From: the human T2T-CHM13v2.0 reference genome, Homo sapiens | DNA length: 64,000 nucleotides | Assembly (NCBI RefSeq): GCF_009914755.1 | Contig: NC_060940.1 | Direction: 5' to 3' (one strand) | Part shown: positions 1 to 35,577 of the stretch, piece by piece | Layout of the letters: the number at the start of each line of letters is the position of its first letter | Numbering within the stretch: position 1 is the first letter of the stretch | Position numbers and translations under genes: made by a program | Notes under the pieces: model-generated | Seen by the model: the letters and a program-made list of their open reading frames with translations, nothing else | The model's database searches: none | What the model was told of the DNA's origin: nothing

Positions 1-54
1 ATGGGGACTGGGTTCTCCATGCAGTTGCCTTGTCTAGCCCTTGGGAGAATCCTA

Positions 55-660
<606 letters not shown>

Positions 661-997
661 TCCTTCCCAGTTTTGCAAGCACGGCTCAGGTTCCCAATTG
701 TTCAGTGAGCTTGCCCTGGTCCCCACCAGGATGACAGTGTGGTGTGTGGAAGGAACACTTGCCTGAGAGTTAGGGAGAGCAGGGCTCAGCCTCCAATGCA
801 GCACCTGCTTGACTGTGTGCCCTTGGGCAGAATTCCTCGCACACAGTGGGCACTCAAAGAGCATTGCCTTCTTTTTCTTTTCTCGCTTGTACCTGCTTAA
901 TGTGTTACAAGGATCTCACCAGGGAAATGTCTAGCATGACGTCACCTCCACCGCTGCATGGAGAGACAGCGAAATACCACTATTTAAATATCTGCAG

Positions 998-1283
998 GGC
1001 TGGGCGTGGGGGCTCACGCCTGCAATCCCAGCACTTCAGGAGGCTGAGGTGGGTGGATCACCTGAGGTCAGGAGTTCGAGACCAGCCTGACCAACATGGC
1101 GAAACCCCATCTCTACTAAAAATACAAAAAAAATTAGCCAAGCGTGGTGGTGGGCACCCGTAATCCCAGCTACTCAGGAGGCTGAGGTAGGAGAATTGCT
1201 TGAACATGGGAGGTGGAGGCCTTAGTGAGAAGAGATGGCGCCACCGTACTCCAGCTTGGGCAACAAAGTGAGACTCTGTCTCA

Positions 1284-1314
<31 letters not shown>

Positions 1315-1316
1315 AT
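998..1316 (+). mobile_element. AluS with (TAAA)n tail
   Basis: GGCTGGGCGTGG...GATCACCTGAGGTCAGGAG...(TAAA)8. Confidence 0.9.
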
Positions 1317-1609
1317 ATCTGTGTGGCCTTGATTAAGGGGCTTGACCTCTGTGGAATGGGAACCAGTTTACCTGGAGCTCCAGGGTTGCGAGGGTTAAAG
1401 AAGGAATATAGCCGGAGTGCCTGGTTGCCTCCTGCTTGTTTTCTCCTCCCCACGTGCCAGGGGTCCTCTTTCACCCTTTCATCTCCCAGGGCAGCAAACA
1501 CAGAGGCTTGGATTGAATTGCTTTGCCTGGGCTTTGGAGAGAAGGTAGCTAGTTGAAAGGACTTCTGGGAGCCAGAGGTCTTGATACCTTGGGGTAAGGG
1601 TTGCCAACA

Positions 1610-1795
1610 ATGATGATAATGATAGCTAATTTTATTAAATGCTTGGTATATACCAGGCACTGTTCTAGGTGCACAATACAATTTCCCTCATTTTATCGTC
1701 CGAAGAGGTAGGTTCTATGATGAGCCTGAAGGAGGGAGGTTAAGTAACTTGCTCATGATCACATGGCTGGTGGAGTAGGATTCTAACCCACACTA
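1610..1795 (-). mobile_element. MIR
   Basis: ccaggcactgttctagg...gaggttaagtaacttgctcatgatcacatggct MIR core. Confidence 0.65.
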
Positions 1796-1925
1796 TCCTG
1801 TTCTTAATTTCTGCTCTTTCTCTCCAGGAGGTCACTGTAGCTTGAATGGTGACCCCAGGCAGAAGGCTAGAGATTTGTGGTAAAAATTAATGTAGGATCC
1901 AAAGGACTCTAAACATTAAACATTA

Positions 1926-2279
<354 letters not shown>

Positions 2280-3185
2280 CTAGGTGACTGACTTTCCCGT
2301 GCACATGAGGATTCTGAGTAGAGTTAGGGAGTGTCAGCTGACTGCATTTCTCAGACAGGTTTGTGGACCCCTGGAGGTATTCCCTTGGGTGCCTTTCCAT
2401 TTTCTGTTTTCATTTTGATGGTGATCTAAATGAGAAATAAAAAGAAGCCTGTTCTTGTTCACCTGGTTGACTGCTGGCTGGGGGCTGCCCCTGGAGATGA
2501 GGAAGCAGGAACATGGGGTTTGATCGCTCCTGTGTGGCAAAGTGTTTGCTGAATTTGCACTGGGCCACTGCTGCAGGTTGTGATGGAGGTCGAGGGTGAG
2601 CAGGGCTTAGCAGCTGGCAGCTCCAGGATCCCATGGACTTGGAAATGTATCCCTCCTCGGCCACTTCCCATGAGTCTAGCCCTGGGTAAAGGTCTTTTCC
2701 TCTCTGAGTCACAGTGTTCTCTACTGAATGGAACCACTTTTCCTTCTTTGTCAAGGATTAAATAGGTCATTTAATGACTTAGCCTGTGGTTGGGATTCGG
2801 TAGGTGGGCACATTGTTCCTACTTCTCTCTGAGTGGCGGCAACATTTGAAGCTGGCAGATTCTTCTGGGCCCTGGCGGAGGTGCTGTACTCTCCACTGGA
2901 TTCAAAGGGAGAAGGTAAGAAGGAGACTGGTAGCATTGATTGCTCTGCCTGCCTGTCTCTGCAGAGTCTCCATAGACTGTAGAGCTGGAAGGGCATGATC
3001 TCATGCAGAAACCAGTGGCCAGACAAGGGAAGTGACTGTCCCTGTCACATGGCTAGCAAGCAGGCCAGGCAGGATGAGAGCTCAGGCCTTGTGACTTCCC
3101 GTTCAGTGCTCTCCACTGTTCCTCTCAGTTGATAAGTGGTCCTGAGACCACCTGTGCTCCTTGCAGCCTAGTAAACCCCCTTCTC

Positions 3186-3484
<299 letters not shown>

Positions 3485-3854
3485 GACCCCTTTCTCTTAA
3501 GCTCATTCAGGGCTAAGTTGGCCACAGCTGCCCCTTCTGAGGTCAAGATTATCTCACTTGACAGCTTCTTGCCTGCAGAGAGATCACAGCCAGGAAGTGT
3601 GAGCCTCTGGGTTGAGACCTGCACAATCTCGGGTAGTTTTTGTATAAAGAACAGGTTTTTCTTTTCTTCCCCCCCCACCCCATCATGAAAAGAGGCTTTG
3701 CAGAGTAAGGCAGAGGAGGCTGCTGACATCTCATCCAGAATAATCAGTAGAGCAAAATACTCTTAAAAAAAAAAAAAAAAAAGACATCGAGGATCATTGT
3801 GCATACCAGGAAGGGTAGGTGCTAAACCTTTATTATTCAGGTGTGAAAGGAGCC

Positions 3855-4582
<728 letters not shown>

Positions 4583-5199
4583 ATTAAAAAATTATCACTA
4601 GGGAGATGAAAGAGATTTTTATTTTCTTTGTACATTTTTTCCTGATTTGTTATTATTCTATTTTTTTCCTGCATGAATTGCTTTTATGATGAGAAAAAAA
4701 TAGCAAAGGCATTTCCAGTGCGGGGAACCCTGTCAAGTTTCCAGTTGGCATTGCTCAAGGGCAGGTAGAGCTGTCGGGCTCACTCATACTTGGAAAAAGG
4801 AAGAAAGCAAGCCTAACTTTTTTTCTATTCTGGTGTTAGGGAGGGAAGATCAGAATCCAAACCCTGGATTCTGAAACAAAGAGCGTTTGATTGATAGACA
4901 CAGGTGTCAAGAGGTGTTGGAGGACCTTGGCCAGATGGGTCTATAGCCATCCTGAGCGATGCCTTGAGATGCCTCATGGCTGGTGGGAATGGTGCCTAGG
5001 CTATTCTTGATCGAAACCTCTTCCAGAAAAAAATACTAACGGTACTTTTTGAAGAGTCAGTTGTTTTATTGTGTGTCTCAAAGAATCTGCTGACTGGTTT
5101 CATTACCAGGCCTGGGGGTAAGGCAGGATCCTTGGTATTGTGGTCCTAACACAGGCTTTAGAGGTCTTGAGTCAGGATCACTGTTCCACCAATTAGTAT

Positions 5200-6020
<821 letters not shown>

Positions 6021-6529
6021 CACACAATCACTTGACTTCCCCGAGCTTCAGCTTTCCCATCTGTGTTTGGGAACCTGGCTTATAGGGTGGATGTGAAGAT
6101 GAAGGGAGATGATGCATGCATAGTGCTTAGCTTGGTTCCTGGCATGTAGGATGCGCCCAGCACACGGTGGTGGTTGTTATCAACCAGCTGGCCCTGGCTT
6201 GACCTGGAGGAATCACTGACCACCTCTGAGATAATGCCCTGCTGCTACTCTCTGGTGCAGCCCACGTAGAGTTGCCCAAGACAGAAGCAGCCTGATGGCA
6301 ATTCAACGCCTGCAGTGTGGAGCGTCTGCCCTTAGAAACTGAATTTCAGTATCCTTTGAAGTGAATGTGCTCTGTGTCTGGTGCATCATACTCCGGGCTT
6401 TGTATCTTGCTTGGAGTCATTGGGCCTCTTGTGGAGATCAGGTGTGGCTCTACCAACTGTCTGCCTGGTGCTTTCAAGTGCTCTTGCCCCAGACCTTCCT
6501 AAATGGAAGTTCAGCATATGTCATGTGTG

Positions 6530-6940
6530 TCAGTTGGGAATGCTTTTGGATGCAAGTAACAGCCCAATGTGCAGTGGTGTGGACAAATAGGGTTATTTAT
6601 TTTGTGAGAGTTAGCTTGTTTCTAGTCTTGGCTTACCAACTCAGTGATATCAGGGCTGGTGTCTTTGTGATTCTCTAGGTCTTTCTCTCAGGCTCATGAC
6701 TTCGTGGTGGCAAAATGCTACTCTGGCTCCACCCAACATGTTTATGATTAAGGCATGAAGGATGGTGGAGGGAGTGATGCTCTGCATAGCTCTTCTTTCT
6801 ATCAGAAATGAATGACTTTCCCAGAACTTTGGGAGTCACTTCTGCTTTCTTCTCATTGGCCAGACTGCTTAAGTTCAACCTCAGCTGCTGAGAAGAGGAG
6901 TAATCAGGTTTCACAGCTTGGATTGCTGAAGGTGGCATGG
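6530..6940 (-). mobile_element. Old MaLR/ERVL-type LTR fragment (MLT1-like)
   Basis: agttgggaatgcttttggatgcaagtaacag start and ttctcattggccaga motif; subfamily uncertain. Confidence 0.45.
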
Positions 6941-7020
6941 GAAAAGGATGTTGGAGATGATAGTGAGAACAGCCAGTGAGCAGTTCCTGCTGTACTGGGA
7001 AACTTATATTTTATTTTAGG

Positions 7021-7194
7021 CTGCTGGTTGACAACTGGGGGCAGTTTTGATTCCCAGGGGACATTTGGCATTACATGGAGACATTTTTGTTATAACTCAG
7101 GGGTTTGTGTGTGCTAATGCCACGTAGTGTGTAGAGGCCATGGATGCAGCTAAACATCTTACAATGTCAGTAGTGCCAAGGGTTGAGAAACCTT
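7021..7194. mobile_element. MER20 (hAT-Charlie) with internal deletion
   Basis: gggggcagttttg..cccaggggacatttggca...gtagaggcca..ggatgcagctaaacatc...gtgccaagggttgagaaacc. Confidence 0.85.
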
Positions 7195-7414
7195 TAGACC
7201 ATTCTAGACATGTTCAGATTTGGGGAAAATTAGTTTAGCTGTTTTCCTTTGATGCAGTAACAGGCAATAGCCAAACTTCATTGTAATGATACAGATTATT
7301 GATACCTAGTTGTGCTACTGATTTTGTTAAAGATCAGTAGGAAAGGACTGATCTAGTTGGGGACAGCCGTGTCCGAGCGTCAGAGAGAACTAATTAAGCC
7401 TCATTGCATTTTAG

Positions 7415-7476
7415 GATCACAGAACAATGACAAAAGACAATTTCTGCTGGAGCGACTGCTGGATGCAGTGAAACAG
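7415..7476 (+). CDS. SNX29: SNX29 coding exon 2 (62 nt; (G)SQNNDKRQFLLERLLDAVKQ)
   Basis: gcattttag|GATCAC...AAACAG|gtaagc; open frame, phase 1 to 0; too short for the ORF track. Confidence 0.95.
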
Positions 7477-7694
7477 GTAAGCAGAAAGCACACATTTGCC
7501 TTTTTGGTCGAGTAATAGTGTCAGATAATTAATGTAGGTCATTTCTTCCCTATAACATACACAGACTAACTCCCACTTTATACCTGGGAACAGTGAAGTG
7601 ATCTACTCATTTTTCCCAGGAAATGATAGAGCAGTGAACACGGTCAAGGTTGGGTTGGAGGAAGTCCTGTGTCTTGAATTCCCAAAGCCCTCTA

Positions 7695-10582
<2,888 letters not shown>

Positions 10583-11109
10583 GGAGTAGCCTGCTTCTAT
10601 TTTTCCCACCCTCAGTAAATTGTCATTCCGCACAACCAGATGACTCATATGAGGCTTGATTTGTGCTGTTGTAACGTCATAGCCAGTCATGACAACTCTG
10701 GGGCTCGTCCAAAGGGATCCATTCAGCACAGGCTTATAGAAGTTGTAATTATCGCCCGTGAAGAGCTGTGTGTGGTAGACAGTCAGCTGCCGACAGGCAG
10801 GAGCAGCTTCCTGGATAATGCACAGATGGCTGTGTGCTTTTGTTTTTCTGTTAGCAATGTTTTCCCACAAGGCTTGCTTCTGTACAAGTGGGAGATAAGG
10901 GTTTCCTTTAAGTGGCAGCTTCAAGGCTGGGGTGCGCACCTTCTTAAGTCTTGTGCTGATACCCAGGGGACAGGGACGTCCTCACTTGGCATGCAGAGCT
11001 TCTGGTCCCGTGTCCCCTCCCTGACCCTTAAGCCCTGTGTAGGCTGTTTTATGACGTTTTGAGTGTCCCATCCCAACAGCTGATCTCAGCAGCTTCTTTT
11101 TCTGTGCAG

Positions 11110-11162
11110 TGCCAGATCCGCTTTGGAGGGAGAAAGGAGATTGCCTCGGATTCCGACAGCAG
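11110..11162 (+). CDS. SNX29: SNX29 coding exon 3 (53 nt; CQIRFGGRKEIASDSDS(R))
   Basis: cttctttttctgtgcag|TGCCAG...AGCAG|gtaaat; phase 0 to 2, continues exon 2 frame. Confidence 0.95.
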
Positions 11163-11174
11163 GTAAATATGTCA

Positions 11175-11281
11175 CTTCTAAAACCGTTGACCATCGAGGT
11201 TGGAAAGGCGGCAGAAGGTGGCCGGCTTCTAAAACCGTTGACCATCGAGGTTGGAAAGGCGGCAGAAGGCGGCTGGCTTCT
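11175..11281 (+). repeat. 51-bp tandem duplication (2.1 copies, 2 mismatches)
   Basis: cttctaaaaccgttgaccatcgaggttggaaaggcggcagaagg(t/c)ggc(c/t)gg at 11175 and 11226. Confidence 0.95.
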
Positions 11282-11806
11282 GGGCTCTGCCTCTGCAGCC
11301 AAGAGGTGCAGCGCTGAAATTTGACTCAACCGTGGACTCTGTGCGGTGACTGCTCATCTCCAACACTCCACATTTTCCATAATTCTCTTTCTAGGAATCT
11401 ATTCTGAGGGAATTATTCGAGATACCTTTCCATATAAAGTTATTTTCAGGGTAATTAATAATTATGAGAACTTGGATGCCTAAATACCCAAGATTTGGGA
11501 AATGGTTAATAAAATATAGTGCATTAATGGGGTGGAATGTTATATAGCCATTAAAAATGATGTTTATGTAGAATTTGTTTTCAACAGAAAAATGCATAGG
11601 TAGTGATTTAAAAATTACATATATAGTAAAAAGGCATATGTTATAACAAGAGCAGGATCCGAAATTCTATGCGTATGGAGTGGTCCTAGCTATGTTAGAT
11701 AGCACCTCTGGCCAGAACACACCGAAACGTGGCCTGAGGTAGCAGTAGGGGTAAGAATACTGGGAATATTGCTTTCTAGTATTTTTCACATTTTTTATTG
11801 TGATCA

Positions 11807-12497
<691 letters not shown>

Positions 12498-12929
12498 TCA
12501 CGACCCAGGAAAGGCTGACATCATTGCATAAGCTGATAACATTGGCTGGAAGGAGACACATAGGGCTTGGTAAAGGTAGGAGACACATAGGCATCCAGTC
12601 CTTGCTGCAAATGCGTTGTGAGCTCAGTCAGAGCTGATCCTTGCTCTGTAGCCCCTGGGGTGGCAGGAGGGACATTCCTGTGTGGGAAGGAAAGGGAAGG
12701 GAACTTGCTTGCTCAATGTTCATCTCATCCTGGAAACTGTTCATGTCCCCCACCCTCTCACCCTAGCCCACCCTCCTGTGTCCATCGTTCCTCTTTCTGT
12801 CCTTTCCTACCCTTGTTCTTTTGTAGAATTTTAACAGCCATGAGAAAGCATGTAGACCTTCCTGGAATAGAGCCACGTGGATGATTTGAAACTGGCACAG
12901 ATTTAAAATGATGCACCCTATTATCCATT

Positions 12930-13135
12930 CCTTCTTTGCTTAGGTTTTCTCCATTGCACGTATTACCATCCAACAAACTTTATATACATTCGGCTTTTTA
13001 ATTTTGCCTATTACCTGTCACTATAATGTCGGCTCTGTGCAGGCAGGGATGATTTGCTGTCTTGTTTACAGATGTTTCTCTAGTGCCTAGAAGCATCTAG
13101 AAGGTGCTCAGTAAAAATGTGTTATCCGGATGAGC
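12930..13135 (+). mobile_element. L2 3' end
   Basis: ctataatgtcggctctgtgcaggcaggga...tagtgcctagaa...gtgctcagtaaaaatg. Confidence 0.65.
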
Positions 13136-13389
13136 GTGTGTATCACATTGTACTGTAGTCAAGCATTTAAATATCTGTGCCACCACGAAGCCTGTAAGAT
13201 TTGAAGGCAGAAAGGGTGTTTCTCCATTTATTTTTAAAATTTTACTTCTCAGTGTTGTACACAAGCACTTTGTGCCTGTCGTACATTAGATTCTCAGTAT
13301 ATGTTTGTGGCATTAGATCATTCGACTGATTGATCAATTTAGTCCTTCTTGAGGGCCTACTATGGGGCCTGGCCTTGGTCCACACAGGG

Positions 13390-13600
13390 ATCCAAGGTCT
13401 GCTTGCATCAGAATCACCTGGGAGGCTTATTGATTAATGATCCTGTGTCTAAGTCCTGTCCTAGTTGTACTGGAGCAGGATGTGTATATGTGCATGAGTG
13501 TGTGTGTGTATGCCTGAAGCCGAGGAGCTTGCTGAGAATTTGCATTTCAACAGGACTCCCAGGTGATTCTGCTGGACACCAAAGCTTCCAGTGCAATCAC
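13390..13600. mobile_element. MER5-family MITE with internal (TG)n
   Basis: gcatcagaatcacctgggagg and gaatttgcatttcaacagg..cccaggtgattctg. Confidence 0.6.
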
Positions 13601-13801
13601 TGTTCCAGGGTCTGGGATGCAAAGGTAATTAGGAAAGACTCCTCCTTCCTGGCCGGGTTGGTTTGTCTGTGTGTATGGGTGTGTGTGCCGTGTGTGTGTC
13701 TAAGTATCCATGACTTCTTGACCACTTTTCTTCATTACCATGCTGTCCACTTCCTGAGAGAGGCAATCCTGCTCTGAATGTTGGGTTAATGTATTCTTAC
13801 A

Positions 13802-14039
13802 CGGGTGGAGTATCCCTCATCCAAAAACCCGAAATTCAAAATGCTCCAAAATTCAAAACTTTTTGAGTACCAGCATGATGCTCAAAGGAAATGCTCATGG
13901 AAGCCAGTTGGATTTTGGAGTTTTGGATTAGGCGTGCCTAACTGTTAAGTATATAATGCAAATATTCCACAGTCAGGAAAAATCTGAAATCCGAAACATT
14001 TCTGATCCTAAGCATTTTGGATAAGGAATACTGAACCTA
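13802..14039. mobile_element. Tigger4a (MER46A/Zombi, TcMar-Tigger MITE), full length
   Basis: TIRs cgggtggagtatccc / ggaatactgaaccta, TA at right flank, internal aaatgctccaaaat...ctcaaaggaaatgctcat match recalled consensus. Confidence 0.85.
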
Positions 14040-14175
14040 TATAATAGAATTTACTACCATAACCTTTGTTATAGAAAATGTTCTATTTTATAGTAGAATT
14101 TAAAAAGTTAATTCTTTCTGTGATAACTGTTGTTTATGGCTAAAAGGAGTACGTGGCTTACTATTACTAATAATA

Positions 14176-15645
<1,470 letters not shown>

Positions 15646-15985
15646 AAGAAGAAAGTTGAATCTCAAGAGGGAAAGTCAGCGAACATTTAAAAATAACTTA
15701 GGACTGACAAGATAGATGAGTTGCCTCCCTTCCTCACCGCTGATAGCTGGCCCGGCCCTGGAGTTGAGCTCAAATCCACTCACTTCCCTCCAACTCCTCT
15801 CCTGGCCCGCGGTCCCCATCACCAGCATCTCACAGCATGGCCGCTGCAGCCTTAGGCTCTTCCCATTCGTTCTTGTCCTGCTTCCACCACATTGAATGCA
15901 GAATGCAGATTCCCTCACCTCATGCTCCCTTGAAACCTCCCAGCTGCCTTGTCTTTGCTCTTGGGAGAAAGACCCACGTCCTTAA

Positions 15986-17248
<1,263 letters not shown>

Positions 17249-17481
17249 TAAATTTTAAAATAATTTTTAAACAGGTGTATGTAACTGAACAAAGTGAGTC
17301 AAATTCAAGACAAATAAGTAAATAATAGTACATATCCTTACACCGAAAAAAAGCTGCCAAGGTGTTGGTGGATGAGTAATGTTTCGAGTAGAGACAGTGC
17401 TAGCAGGACAGAGCAGACCATTGCTGGATTTGGGAGCCTAAATGGTGCACCGTATTTTGCCAAAATACAAAATCCAAGGTG

Positions 17482-17584
17482 GATGTGTGTGAGCATGTTT
17501 TTGTATGTGTGTGTGGGTATGTGTGTGAGAGATATATATATGTATACATGTATATATATATTTTTATATGTGTGTGTGTATATA

Positions 17585-17621
<37 letters not shown>

Positions 17622-17628
17622 GTATATT
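17482..17628. repeat. Compound (TG)n/(TA)n microsatellite
   Basis: Alternating purine-pyrimidine tract read directly. Confidence 0.9.
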
Positions 17629-18089
17629 TGATCTTGTGAGAGACGGACACCGTGAGATGCTGCCATCTTCACATGGAACATAAAACAGTATTGACATTAG
17701 GGGAAATGCAGGCGAGACTTGTTTTTTCCTTCAGATGGAGTCCTGAGAAGCCTCCCCAGGAGGAAGTGGTGGCAGCCGCTGGGCTCTGAAATGCGCGCTT
17801 CTCTTTGTTGGTGGTGTTTTCTAGCTCTGTTTTTCTCTAGGAACAAAGACTCGTTCTTATGGTTCATTGAAATTATTCCATGTTCTTTCAGTCAGACTGG
17901 CCTGTGAAGAAGCTTTAAGATATCTTTGGAATATTTTGCTCTCTAGAAATAATGGCCCAGGAGCTTTGTAGGCCCTAGAAGTTACCTCAAAGACTAGAAA
18001 CGTGATTGTTCCGCCAAGGCGTCTTTGTCCCATACGGAATCAGAGGACGTGATCTGGAAGTTTTCCCTTCAAATTATGAACAGGAATGC

Positions 18090-20833
<2,744 letters not shown>

Positions 20834-21334
20834 AGGGCATTATTTCTTAAACTTAGGCCATTGTGTACCATTTTCACCATTTTTGCCATTTCTATGTTCC
20901 ATCTGAGCCAGAGGTTGGCTTGAGGTGGAATTCCAAGGCACTGTCTACTCTGGTCTGGTGCTGGTTATATTTTTTCCTGACACACATAAATGTTTATCTG
21001 GGTTTCCCTAAAATCGTGTCATGTACTGTGTACCTACAGCGTAGTATGGTACCAATTGGGAAAAAAGAAAGAAAATGACAAAGTCACATTTGCATTTCAG
21101 GTAGATAGCTTCTGCCCAGGATGCATGGGTTGGGGTGGGTGGAGGAGTGGAGGTGGGTGGGGTGAGATGGAATCTGGGAGAACCGGGGTTGGAGGGCAGA
21201 GTGAAGCAGGGACTGGGGAAGAGACAGAAGGATTGAGGTTTGGGACTGAGCCTTGATGAGATTCAGTGATTACCCAGATGTGGAGGTTGAGAAATAATGT
21301 CATGGCTCTACCATGGAAGCTTTGCATAAAACAG

Positions 21335-21616
21335 CAAAGCCAAATAGCCAGCAAACATATATTAGGAAAATAAAGACACCGAAATTCACTAGTAGTCAAG
21401 GAAATGCAAATTAAAGCAACAGTGAGCTGCCTACTTTTCACCCATCAGACTGACAAAACCTCAAAACAACAGTCAAGATTATTGTTAGTGGCCAGGCACG
21501 GTGGTTCACGCCTGTAATCCCAGCACTTTGGGAGGCTGAGGGGGGGACAGATTGCTTGAGGCCAGGAGTTCGAGACCAGCCTGGCCAACATAGTGAAACC
21601 CTGTCTCTACTGGGGG

Positions 21617-21675
<59 letters not shown>

Positions 21676-21720
21676 GAGAGGAGAAAAGGGTGGTCTCATG
21701 CACTGCTGGCCAGAAAGCAG
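21335..21720 (+). mobile_element. Old L1 ORF2-end fragment interrupted by an Alu left monomer with long A tract + (AT)n (21490-21672)
   Basis: caaggaaatgcaaattaaagcaacagtgag...cacccatcaga before, ggagaaaaggg..ctcatgcactgctgg after. Confidence 0.65.
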
Positions 21721-21764
21721 GAATGAAAAGAAATATATATTGGTTTTTAAATTATTTATTTTTA

Positions 21765-24298
<2,534 letters not shown>

Positions 24299-24299
24299 T

Positions 24300-26420
<2,121 letters not shown>

Positions 26421-26426
26421 TATTTT

Positions 26427-30038
<3,612 letters not shown>

Positions 30039-30225
30039 GATAGGACAAAGCTCATGAAAACAAATGCTTGCTGAATCTTCACAGAAAACTAGTTGAGCTG
30101 GTGCAGTGTCCAGGTCTGCTGGTCTTGGTGGACATTTCAAATGCAGCAGGAGGAAGTTACTTCATTTTCCATTCACAACTCTTTTGCTGCTTTATCAGAC
30201 TTTTACTGAGCACCTGGGAGGAAGT

Positions 30226-33535
<3,310 letters not shown>

Positions 33536-34289
33536 TCAATGTGGGGGAGTATTCTGGGATCTCTGGTTCAAGGTTAATCATTGATTTACCTACCCACTGG
33601 AAAAAGATTTGTGGAACACACATTATATACCAGGTGCTGAGCTAGGTGCCAGGAATCCAGCAAAGATAAGATAGAAGGTGAAAACCAAGCAGTATGGTTG
33701 AGGGGAAGTATTAGATTTGTGATGCCTAATAGGCTCCCTTCTGTGCAGGGCCAGCTTTGGTCATTTGCCAGTGGTGGCCTACAATGCTGGGATCGATTAG
33801 TGATGTCTGTCATGGGCACCGAATACAGTGGAAAGGCATGAATGCTGTGGATTTGCTGATGCTGTGTTAGGGGTGTGTAGTGTAGACAGAATGACGAGTA
33901 AAGATTGAGTAAGGTAGCCAGAGGACTTTTATCTTAGAATAAAGGATGTTTGTCGTGATGATATGGGGGATGGAGGAAACTACATTGGATCAGCTTGCGA
34001 GGATGGAGTTCAGGTACAGATGTCACTGCTTTTTATGCAGTTTTCAGGAGGTCACGTAAATGTCAGCCTCAGCTTCTTCAAGTGTAAAATGGAGATAATA
34101 GTACGTGCCTCATCTATATTAAAGTGTTGATGAGAAGAGTAAAATAATGGGTATGAAAATATTTTACTACCCACAGAGTGATAAACACCTGGAGTATTGT
34201 TACCATGGGTGTCGGGATGGGTGGAGCAGCAAATGCCCGAGGCCAGGCAAGGCTGAGCCGGATGGTGGTGGCCTCAAGGCCTTTGCACT

Positions 34290-34610
34290 GGGCCTGTCTT
34301 TCCAGCCTGCTGCCCTTGTCATATCCAGCTCGTAATTCCAAGGCCACCTTCATTCAGCCCACAGAATCTAAGCCTGTCCTTGCCCCATCGCCACCTGCCA
34401 TCTCATCCTGTCTTATTTTCTTCTAAGTTCTGATTAACTGAAATGGTCTGGTTAACTTATTTGTGTACCTCCCTTTGCTAGAAACATGCACATGAGTGAG
34501 GCAGAAACCGTGCCTGTCTCACTCTCACTGTCATCTCCTCAGAGCCTAGAACAGTGCCTGGCATGTGGGAGACATTCAGAATTTCTTAACTTTTGTTGTA
34601 TGAATGAATG
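34290..34610 (+). mobile_element. L2 3' end
   Basis: cagagcctagaacagtgcctggcatgt...gaatgaatg terminus. Confidence 0.7.
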
Positions 34611-34834
34611 GAAAGGGCTCAGAAGTCCACAGACCCAGTTGGGCAGAGGCTCAGGAGCCCTGAGAAGATTGCTAAGATCAAGTGCAGTTGCTGTGACCTC
34701 ATCTCTTTGTTCCTGAATCTCCTATTTCTTTGGTTATTGAGAAACAAATTCAATTAAATGCACAGTAATTGTAACTTAATTGAAAATTCCATCAACTCAC
34801 AATCTGAGTTCACAATGTATTCTCTTACAACAGA

Positions 34835-34968
34835 ATAAAGAACAAGAATCAGAATTCATATTATTATTATTTTTAGAGCATGTAATCTCATATAATCTCT
34901 TTAGAGCATGTAATCTCTTATATAAAGAATGAGAATCAGAATTCATATATTCTTTTTAGAGCATGTAA
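34835..34968 (+). repeat. Complex local duplication (A-B-B-A-B pattern)
   Basis: ttagagcatgtaa x3 (34873, 34901, 34956); ataaagaa..agaatcagaattcatat x2 (34835, 34922). Confidence 0.85.
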
Positions 34969-35452
34969 CAGGCCATGAAATTACACAATGTTTCCAATTT
35001 GGCAGCCTGGTGAATTCAGTCTCCAAAAACATAATCTTGTTCCTTAAACTACATGTAATATGAATTAGAGTTAAAACTTGTGAATTGGATGCAATTAACA
35101 TCCAACCGCTCCCCACACTGAACTGATTGGTTTTTAACTTTTCCCCCCTCTGCACCCCCGCCAGCTGGCACCCGTCCCTGTTCCCATGTTCCTTGTGAAT
35201 TGTTACTGTGCCAGTCTGATGCATATGGGTAGACTGTGCTGGGCATCCTGAGCTCTGTGAAATGAACATCAACACGGGAGGTGTGTGGAGTGGCGCAGGT
35301 CAGTTACCAAGCCTGCACATCCAGGTGTCTCCTGTCTGCCTTCACGCTGAGGTTTACACCTGGCGGCTTACTCACTTCCTGGAGATGCTGGGGCCGCCCT
35401 AGTTGCTACTCCCTTTTCTGGGGGGACTGATGAGTCATTGGTTTTCTCACAG

Positions 35453-35577
35453 GGTCACCTGTCTGTGTGCCCAGTTTGAAGCCGTCCTGCAGCATGGCTT
35501 GAAGAGGAGTCGAGGATTGGCACTCACAGCGGCAGCGATCAAGCAGGCAGCGGGCTTTGCCAGCAAAACCGAAACAG
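35453..35577 (+). CDS. SNX29: SNX29 coding exon 4 (125 nt; start of RUN domain, VTCLCAQFEAVLQHGLK...KTET)
   Basis: ttttctcacag|GGTCAC...GAAACAG|gtactg; RUN block-A-like LC..FE..L.HGLK motif; lies within ORF 35403..35651. Confidence 0.95.

Noticed and set aside
10982-11329. ORFs with 17-aa repeats (LLKPLTIEVGKAAEGG, PPSAAFPTSMVNGFRS)
   Set aside because: By-product of the 51-bp intronic duplication; the SNX29 frame stops immediately after the exon 3 donor.
17719-17845. Orphan strong acceptors (ttttttccttcag at 17734, tttttctctag at 17840)
   Set aside because: No convincing donor at exon distance; pseudo-acceptors are common in long introns.
21126-21165. G-rich tract as a G-quadruplex
   Set aside because: G3 runs are split by a long loop, and such tracts are frequent; no supporting context.
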